27,026 nt of DNA from Azolla caroliniana (taxonomy: Eukaryota; Plantae; Polypodiophyta), in the NCBI GenBank assembly GCA_043228905.1, contig JBHGNT010000416.1:1-27026 (forward strand). Reading direction: 5' to 3'. Below are positions 19,801 through 27,026 of this stretch, piece after piece. Position 1 is the first letter of the stretch. Each line of letters begins with the position of its first letter. The position numbers were made by a program, and so were the translations under genes. The notes beneath the pieces were generated by a model. It was not told where the DNA came from, did not search any database, and saw only the letters and a list, made by a program, of their open reading frames with translations.

Positions 19801-22800
19801 AATTCTCTCTTCTAGAGGTAGTCGTGTATATCTGCCTACCTCAATCTGTAGCTGATGTTTAAAGAGGCAATGGTATCTTCCCTCTGATTTCATAAAAAAC
19901 ACTACAATGACAAACGTAGTGTTCTTCAAATTCCACTCCTTGATGACACAATTGGCAAATTCTCTCTTCTAGGGGTAGTCGTGTATATCTGCCTACCTCA
20001 ATCTGTAGCTGATGTGATGAAGTTCGCAGCTGTCCTATCACACTACGCAAATATGTTTCAAAAACTCATGTCCTTAGATAAAAGGAAGACAAACTTCTTG
20101 TTGATCTTATTGTCCTACTCTAAATATGTTTTGAGTAAGAAAGCTATATGTAATCAACTAAAAGTTTTAATGCATCAGAAAGCTCACATCCGTCAAGATG
20201 AATGTATCGATAATAGGTATGGGTATGAATGTATTGATAATGTATGGGTAGCTGAAGGATGTTGTTGTAATCAGCATAATAAAACATGATGAAATTTCAT
20301 AGAGGTTTGTTTGGGACACAGGATTACTTTTAATATTGTATCTTCTATTCTGAGTAGTGCTATGATTATTTGCAGCTGCCACATCAACTCAAATGCGGGA
20401 TGTAGAAGGGGATCGATGGCTAGAATGGATTTCATTTGCTGATCTTTTCTTTTTTCTTGTGAGACATGGATTTCTTGACATACTAGAATTCATTGATGTG
20501 CTAGCTACACGTTTCTCTCAACCAGATCAACGATCAATTCAAAGCAATCATGTGACATGGCTGCTTGTTCAAGTATTCCGACTTGAGACAGTAATCCTGG
20601 CAATGAATACTGATCCAAAGAAGGTATTCATTTGCCCGATATATAATTATTATATAAAGTTTTAAATATTTTTCCAAGTGAGAAGATTTTGCATGATTGT
20701 TTTTAATCATATTTGTCTCTCGAATTAGAATCTAATACTTCATTCTCAGTTGACCTTACCCTTGCAAGAGTATTATATTTTAAGAGAGAACTAGCTATAT
20801 GTAGAACCTCAAAACCAATCTTGCAAGAGTAAGAAAACCTAAACGCCTAGGTAAATGCAATCCTCCCTGAATCAATTACTTTTGTATTGCATGAACTTTC
20901 TCTCTCTTTTTCTTTTCTCACTTCCAATGGTAACTTGATTGTTAGGATAGCCTTCTTTCATATAGAATTATGAAATTCCTAACATGTTAATGGAAGCCAT
21001 GTTTATAGCTGGGGTGTTTGCTAGAGTTCTCATTCCTTTGTAGCTCCCTTAAGGAAAATTGTATCGAAGATAAAAACAGATTACTATTGAAGGAATGTCC
21101 ATCGTCGTGGCAATTACTGCTGCTATGTGGCTTCTTTTTGAGCTTCTCTTTGTATTTCCTTCTTCTTACCCATCCCCCTATTAAGCATTTGGCGACCCCT
21201 TTTAAATACTAGGCTTGGGGCTGTTATTGGGACAATCTCATGTCTGCGGCATGCATGTTATAGGCATAATCTTAAGGACCACTTCTAAAGCGAATTTGAA
21301 TAGGTCCTTAAGGAAAATTATATGGGAAGATAAAAACAAATTACTATTGAAGAGAATGCCCATCCTCTTGGCAGTTGCCGCTGCTACGCGGCTTCTTCTT
21401 GAGCTTCTCTTTGTATTTCCTTCTTCTTACCCATCCCCCTATTAAGCATTTGGCTAGCCCTCTTAAATGCTAGTCTTAGGGCTGTTATTGGGATGATCTC
21501 ACATCTGCGGCATGCATGTTATAGGCATAACCTTAAGTATCACTTCTAAAGCTAATTTGAATAGGTCCTTAAGGTCCTTATTGATTTGTTCCAAGTCATA
21601 TGGTGGAATTATCCTACCCTTAAACCATTGGATTTACCTTTAATTCAGCCTTCACAGTTTACACTCACATTTTCGCTTGAAATAAATGGTAATGCACGCT
21701 GCCCTCCCATCAGTGGGCTATGGACATGATAAGAGCATATCATACACAAACCAAATGGAGTTATTTACTTTCAGGGGGCATTATTTTGCTGACTCAAGGG
21801 TCCAACTTATTCATTGTTAATAGTACAGTTTTTTTTATGTGAAAATTATCACGTTCATGAAGGGATGAGTAGAGATGGCCTATTCCTCAGACAATCTCTT
21901 TTTGACTGTCTACAACTCAGGGAGATCCCATTTCAAATTTAAATTCTTTACTTCGAGTGCTTCTAAGAACTTTAGTGTCTACATGAGACTTTGTACATCT
22001 CTCTTTGTTATTTTGCAGGTTTTCACCTCACATTGAAACACATAGACATATTCCTAGGATGTTTATTGTCTTATCAATGGACGTGTATACAACATTTGTA
22101 ACTTGTTTTTGCAACTCAATTCAGGTTGAAACAATCCAGAAAATATTGTCCTTCCTGAAAGAGGAATCCGCTTCAGAACAAAATGGTACCATTTCTCCAG
22201 AGAGTATCTTGCTAGATTTTGTTAGAAGCCCTCACCTTGTACAGTTATGGTTATCCAACCGTTCTGGTGTGATGGAGCAATTTTCTGGGAAGCATGACAT
22301 TCAGCAGAAAGGAAAGCAGATTGAAGACTGGTGGAAGCAGGTTTTAAAAGGTGTAATCAGTGTTTTTTACCATGAAGTTTTAACATTTCGTATATATAAT
22401 TGTCTCATCCATAGCTATCAGAGTTACAGTTCAGGAAATTAAATGAATAGATGAACTTTCAGAGAGTGTTTGCCATCCAATGCTATACTTTCAGAGTGTT
22501 ATATATTTTTGACACTGAAAAGCGAATCCATCAATTAAGAGAGAGAATAGATCTCAGATATTCGGTGCTTTCTACATGATATTTGTCCTCCAGATAGCAG
22601 GATGATGAGATGATTAAATATATTTAAGTATCTGTTATGGAGGTTTTAGAAAACCATATTCTATGATGAACCAATATTCATACATATCACCCTATTCTTC
22701 TACACAAACATAGCACTTACATTAGATGAGCTATTTAAGGGAAATAACAGTGCCATAGAGTGAATGATTTGCTGCTTAGAATGTTTTTTCTAGATGCAAA

Positions 22801-25129
22801 TATTTTTGTTGTCATAATGTTTGAAATACCTTAATGTTTCTAGTTAGTAATGGTTGACAATTCTGAATCTCTTTTTTTCAGGTGAACGATTGCTTGACTA
22901 TTCTAATCTTGACGAGAAATCTATGGGAATGATATGGGTTGTGTCACATACAATGAGCCAATCTGTTTGTGATGCTATGATGAACTGGATGATGTCCAGT
23001 GGCTATCGGGATATCGGAGGCCCATTGAGAGTCATGCAAGAAACACAACCTTTGCCCATGCCTTTATTGTCAGGTCTCTCTTTGCACTTCTGTACTCGAC
23101 TTATAGGGCAGATTGAGGATCAAATATTTGGTGGTCAGGTGAATTATTAGCCTATTTCTTCGTTTAGTAATGCTATTGGCAGTGAGGCCATTTATGCTGG
23201 TTTCTGTTGTGGAAATTTATTTCTATCAAAATATAGAAATCCAACTATTTATGCTAGGTACAGAATCAATGTCTATCATTGTGTCAGTGTCAGTTTATAG
23301 TTAGTAATAGCTTAGCTGAAACAGGACTGCAATTCTATGTTTGTTGAGTTGCTTATTCTGTCAACTGGAATGATAACACAGATGCTGCCAAGTATTGCCA
23401 TGATGGAAACTTATGCCCGTCTTCTTCTGATTGCTCCACATACACTCTTCCGGTGTCATCTAACTGTAAGAACTCTATTATATTTGACTTGTTAAAATTG
23501 TGGACTGTTTGCCATGGTGAAATTGTTGCAATATTCTCAAAATCAGGGCATGATGCACAAATATCAACAATCAATAGGGAAATCAGGGACATCCATATCA
23601 ATTCTTGAATTGCTGAACTATCGCCTTTTACCTCTTTACAGGTAGGTAGTCTTCGTCTAATTTTTTGGTTTTAAAATATGGATGAATTTGAGATTTCGAT
23701 TCAAGAGTTTTCTGGTGCTATCTTTTGCTTGGTGGAACTTATAAGTACCTGAAAATGGGAAAACATTGGAAATGCTCATGTGGAAAGTTCTAACTGTCTA
23801 GAATGACATTAAATAATAATATAAGGTGTGTGTTGTGAGAAAAGCTGTTAATAGCAGCAGTGGAACAGTTGTTAGAACAAAATAGACACAGCCAAGCTGT
23901 GAGAAGGCTGTTAGACAGCAGTAAAAAAAATGGTTGCAAAGAGTAGAGCTTGTTTTGTAAGTAGCAACAAAAGTAAAGTCTTTTCTAAAAAGGCTGGTAT
24001 AGCCTATTTATACAAAATTGGGGAAAGTGGATGAAATGGTTGTTTGGTAGTTAAGTGACTCTTGTACTACCAAACAGGTACAATAAACTAGGAATAAGAG
24101 GGAATATCTTGGAAAAAGTGGAAGAGAGAAAAGGCATTTAAAGCGTTGCAGATTTAAGAGAGAGAAGGCATTTAAAGAGTCCTAGATTCTAGACAGAGAA
24201 GAATCTAGGAAGAGAGAGAATGTAGAATAGAGATAATAAAGATGAAAGAGAGTGCAGGTCTGGAGCTGCCACCCTCCAACATGTGTATGTGGGTGGGGGG
24301 GTGATTTATTGGTAATCTTGGAAGACCCTTCGCCTATCTATAAATATTGAGCTTTTAATTCTGCTGGTCGTGTTTTGAACAAGTCACAGCCAGTAACTTG
24401 TTTTTATTATTAGAAATTATGGCAGAAACAAAAAGCACACACTATACATAAAAGAGAATGATCTTTGCAAATTTAAACTGAGAGAAAAGACTGCAAGCAT
24501 TGATACCTGTGTGGGTAGTGGGAGACACATAAGAGCTACAGGAAACAAACTCAAATGAGCATACAAAAGAGAGGCTGGCTAAAACTAGATGGGTGAAAGC
24601 TGGACAGGTAAACGAACAGGGAAAAAGCCTTTAAATAGGCTCCAACTAGTGATATTGCCTGGCTATAGGCCTCCATAAATGGATGGGTATAGGTCCACAG
24701 CTAACTCCCCAAAATGAAGGCAAGTATGCTACCAGCTAATATGGCAATAAATACCCCTGATTCATTGGTTGTTGTAGTACCTCAACTCCTTGCTATAAAT
24801 GCCTCTTAACAATTTTTACTTTGTTTTTGTGCTTTTTCCACTAAAAGGCTGTGGCATATTGTTTTTATTTAGCTGGCTCTTCAAAAAAGAATATGTAATT
24901 ATCTGTATTGGTGCATTTACTTTTTGCCAACTGCCCCACATAAAGCATCATATTTTGACATTGCAGGTACCATGGCAAAGTGAAGCAATTGTTTTATGAT
25001 ATTGCTAAAATCATAATTACTATGAAAGGGAAACGAGGAGAGCATCGATTTTTCCGACTCGCAGAAAATTTGTGTCTCAATATCATATTATCACTACCAG
25101 AAGTTATTCTTGTAAAGAAGGATATAAAG
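13778..25129 (+). CDS. MED23: Mediator of RNA polymerase II transcription subunit 23, 3'-partial: join(13778..13858,14645..14688,15826..15925,16937..17863,18351..18621,20376..20623,22125..22350,22882..23138,23382..23465,23547..23641,24967..25129), ~832 aa
   Basis: Phase-consistent exon chain without stops. Peptides match recalled plant MED23: IFNLYLG, EFLLFAL..L...NWDSFLP, MQMLDQHLHCPTF, GEPLHGED, WERALRC, DWWRRVL, NHVTWLL, NYRLLPLYRY, KGKRGEHR.FRLAENLC. The next expected exon (GPTEF...) was not found in the window. Confidence 0.93.
14645..14688 (+). CDS. MED23: MED23 coding exon 2
   Basis: TTGCAG acceptor; GPKNTKNEDTRKDIG; donor GTCAGT, phase 2, fits the next exon. Confidence 0.72.
15826..15925 (+). 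CDS. MED23: MED23 coding exon 3 (alternative in-frame acceptor at 15838)
   Basis: IIFRKRIRDIDKQGVPKDEEFANDLIHLQNQFP; donor GTAAGA. Confidence 0.8.
15961..16540 (-). mobile_element. 5'-truncated LINE 3' end (RTE-X-like), intronic
   Basis: Homologous to 19085-19600, nearly identical over the terminal ~130 bp. (TTTC)n tail on the - strand; flanked by (GA)n on both sides. Confidence 0.75.
16541..16566. repeat. (GA)n microsatellite
   Basis: Read directly. Confidence 0.9.
16774..16832 (-). mobile_element. Possible tRNA-derived SINE head remnant
   Basis: - strand TACCCTAGTGG (A-box-like, 1 mismatch) ... GGTTCAAATC (B-box) at tRNA-like spacing. Confidence 0.35.
16937..17863 (+). CDS. MED23: MED23 coding exon 4
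   Basis: CTGCAG acceptor; 309 codons DHEQLR...GEPLHGE; donor GTAAGT. Confidence 0.93.
18351..18621 (+). CDS. MED23: MED23 coding exon 5
   Basis: TTGTAG acceptor; DISATVPKGSIEWERALRC...DRIMELMQSAPT; probable GC donor, phase 1. Confidence 0.85.
19081..20045 (-). mobile_element. 5'-truncated LINE (RTE-X-like ORF C-terminus plus 3' UTR), intronic
   Basis: QLRTSSHQLQIEVGRY..LPLEERICQLC....E.EEHYVCHC..FYEIR (CCHC-type C-terminal motif); (TTTC)n tail. Confidence 0.85.
19700..20012. repeat. Tandem duplication, 156 + 157 bp, inside the LINE
   Basis: 19700-19855 is nearly identical to 19856-20012. Confidence 0.93.
20376..20623 (+). CDS. MED23: MED23 coding exon 6
   Basis: TTGCAG acceptor; WLEWISFADLFFFL...NHVTWLL...DPKK; donor GTATTC. 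Confidence 0.9.
21047..21574. repeat. Two-copy tandem repeat, ~260-bp unit, intronic
   Basis: 21047-21305 vs 21306-21566; CCTTAAGG at 21047, 21306 and 21567. Confidence 0.92.
22125..22350 (+). CDS. MED23: MED23 coding exon 7
   Basis: TTCAG acceptor; VETIQKILSF...KGKQIEDWWKQVLK; donor GTGTAA, phase 1. Confidence 0.9.
22882..23138 (+). CDS. MED23: MED23 coding exon 8
   Basis: TTTCAG acceptor; GERLLDY...PLPMPLLSGLS...FGGQ; donor GTGAAT. Confidence 0.9.
23382..23465 (+). CDS. MED23: MED23 coding exon 9
   Basis: MLPSIAMMETYARLLLIAPHTLFRCHLT; donor GTAAGA. Confidence 0.88.
23547..23641 (+). CDS. MED23: MED23 coding exon 10
   Basis: GMMHK...ILELLNYRLLPLY; donor GTAGGT, phase 2. Confidence 0.88.
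23831..24281 (-). mobile_element. Solo LTR (451 bp), intronic
   Basis: TGTTG...CAACA termini, 4-bp TSD TGTG, - strand TATA box GTATAAATAGGC (24002-24013). Confidence 0.75.
24369..24764 (-). mobile_element. Possible second degenerate solo LTR
   Basis: - strand starts TGAATC, has TATA-like CCTATTTAAAGG, and flanks CTGGT/TTGGT. One terminus is non-canonical. Confidence 0.3.
24967..25129 (+). CDS. MED23: MED23 coding exon 11
   Basis: TTGCAG acceptor; YHGKVKQLFYD...RLAENLC...VKKDIK; donor GTACTT. Confidence 0.9.
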
Positions 25130-25240
25130 GTACTTTTCGATGGTACATTGTGTTGCTTGTACTTTGATGAACAAAAGAAACAGAAATGAGCAACCTGTCT
25201 CACACAAGTCTTCTTGAAGGAGTGCTCTTTTCAAAGAGCT

Positions 25241-25620
25241 CCCGTTCGAGATAATGGGCTCTTAAGAGTAGCTTTGTCTGAATGTCTACGAGGCCCTATT
25301 AGGAATATGTCCAGCTTGTATTTACTCTAATAAGCTCTATGAAGTTGGGTTGTTTATGGATGAGGATATATTGGTAGGCTAATCTATCTACATATACATT
25401 TCACATTCCATTGCTTATTGTTCTTATATTGAGCTGTGCTAACCCTTTTCTGAGGTAATGGGCCATGTCAAGAGTAACTTTGTCCAAATGTCTGTGGGTC
25501 CCTAATATGAATACTACCAGCTTGTCTTTGATCTAATAGTGTCTATGACGTTAAAGAGGCTGTTGTATCTTTTTCTTAGTAGGCAAATCATCTACATGTA
25601 TATCTCACATTCCATCGCCT
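25241..25620. repeat. Old diverged tandem duplication (~205-bp period)
   Basis: Shared blocks TAATGGGC..AAGAGTA.CTTTGTC..AATGTCT, CCAGCTTGT, GTAGGC.AATC, CACATTCCAT.GC at ~25250-25415 and ~25455-25620. Confidence 0.7.
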
Positions 25621-26382
25621 GGCTAATACAATGATACTGAAAGATTTACCAAAAAAGGGGTAAACAATACTGTTAGGAGACTAAAGTACACATACTAAGA
25701 ACTTCACTACACATGTTTGGAGGATGTAACAATGTTGTTGGACACAAACAAGGTCATGTATAGAGAAATTTTGCAAAAGAAGTTAGCCTAAAGCGAAAAA
25801 CTCAAAATATGAAGAAAGTAACAGAGTGTGGCAAACACTTTCTTGCTGTGGGTAGTGCTCATGGATTAGTGATATACAATGGCTTGTGATAATCGTCAAC
25901 ACCAAGTGCTTTGATGTGTTTGAACCCCAAAGGGAGGAGGTGCAAGCACAACCAATTCCTTAATGGGATCTCCAATCCTCTTGCTTGTGATAAAAGAGTT
26001 CACTTTCACTATCTCTAGTTGACGTATTGGCTTAGCAGCAGATCATGCATATCTAACCTGAAGGTGGAGGATGGATGCAGAAAGGATACATATGCTAAGA
26101 ACAGGACTCGGCATGCTATAGATCAAATTTAGCAGGAGCCAATTGATTAGTATGGTTTTGAAGCATACAGTGGCTGGCCTGATTTGTATCTTTTTGCCTC
26201 CCAAAGGAAGTCACACAAGGGTTGTAAAAGTCATTGCACCCATCCACATGGCTTTTCCCTCATTTTTCCACTTTTTCATTCCACGAAAGTTGAGAAATGC
26301 CATCAATTGATTACAATTTGAAAAGGCCCATGTTGATGATGGACTGTAGGTAGTATTTTATCTACGCCTGTGAAACCTAGGT

Positions 26383-26976
26383 CCCACTTCTTGGACACAT
26401 GTATAATAGAGGTATTTGTGAATGTTTTCCTGCTAACTGGACAGAACATACTATTGAACCAATCTCAAAAACCAGAGATCCCATGATAGTATTAGGAAAA
26501 TCATGATTGGTCATTACTTGATTCCAAATTATATGGCTGAATTCTAATTGAGTATATGAGTAGAGAGAAATTGCCACAGTTCAGCTAGACAGGCAGCTGT
26601 CCAAAAGGTTTTGACCAGTTTGAATCACATATTAACCCTTAAAGCTCTTTTTCAGGAAGGAAGAACCCATAAAGGAGAATCTATTGTGGCTTTTTGGATT
26701 TCCAGACACCCTTCAACATTCTACTGCACACTTGTCTCATGCATTTTCCAGAAACCCTTGGATCCCTAGTAGATTTGCAATAGAGAATCCATGCATTACA
26801 AATCAATGTTAGGAAAAGTTTATGCAATGGGGTGTTGGAGGTCATGACTAGCTTGATTAGAGTGAAACAACAATGCCCACTATCACCGACTCTCTTCAAT
26901 CTTTATCTAGATGAGGTATGTAATCACATAAGGAGAATGAGCAGTTCAAGAACATCCTCAGCAGATATACATATTT
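26383..26976 (+). mobile_element. Degenerate LINE reverse-transcriptase fragment (RTE/RTE-X-like), intronic
   Basis: Across frameshifts: FPANWTEHTIEPISK, RKIMIGH, KLYG, NHILTLKAL, YCGFLDF, VKQQCPLSPTLFNLYLDE. Confidence 0.8.
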
Positions 26977-27026
26977 AGGTTTCCGGCACTGTAGACAGAC
27001 CAGACCACAAGGACATTTAGATGCTT

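Noticed and set aside
21047-21574. piggyBac elements with TTAA TSDs
   Set aside because: The units lack terminal inverted repeats and CCC...GGG ends.
22005-22124. Upstream acceptor TTTTGCAG at 22018 extending coding exon 7
   Set aside because: Out of phase with the preceding phase-0 donor (immediate stop), and MED23 similarity starts at VET (22125).
1-27026. CRISPR array, rRNA or prokaryotic operon
   Set aside because: No repeat-spacer array or rRNA-like sequence; spliceosomal introns and plant transposons show this is eukaryotic nuclear DNA.

Overview
Eukaryotic (land-plant) nuclear DNA, probably from a non-seed plant such as a fern. That is inferred from the Tcn1-like chromovirus, the RTE-X-like LINEs and the divergent MED23. 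Positions 1-10351 are a nest of dead transposons: a Ty3/Gypsy chromovirus pol with a truncated 3' LTR, a + strand Ty1/Copia 3' half carrying a pogo-like TA-TSD element, and a - strand Ty1/Copia 5' half. That second Copia is interrupted by two copies of another LTR family and by a hAT MITE. From ~12750 to the end lies the 5' part of a + strand, intron-rich Mediator subunit 23 (MED23) gene: 11 coding exons, ~830 aa, continuing beyond the window. Its introns hold LINE remnants, solo LTRs and tandem duplications. The most unusual signal is an antisense tRNA-like Pol III A-box/B-box cassette at tRNA spacing in three LTRs, one of which belongs to a protein-coding chromovirus. All calls come from manual reading; no database searches were run.
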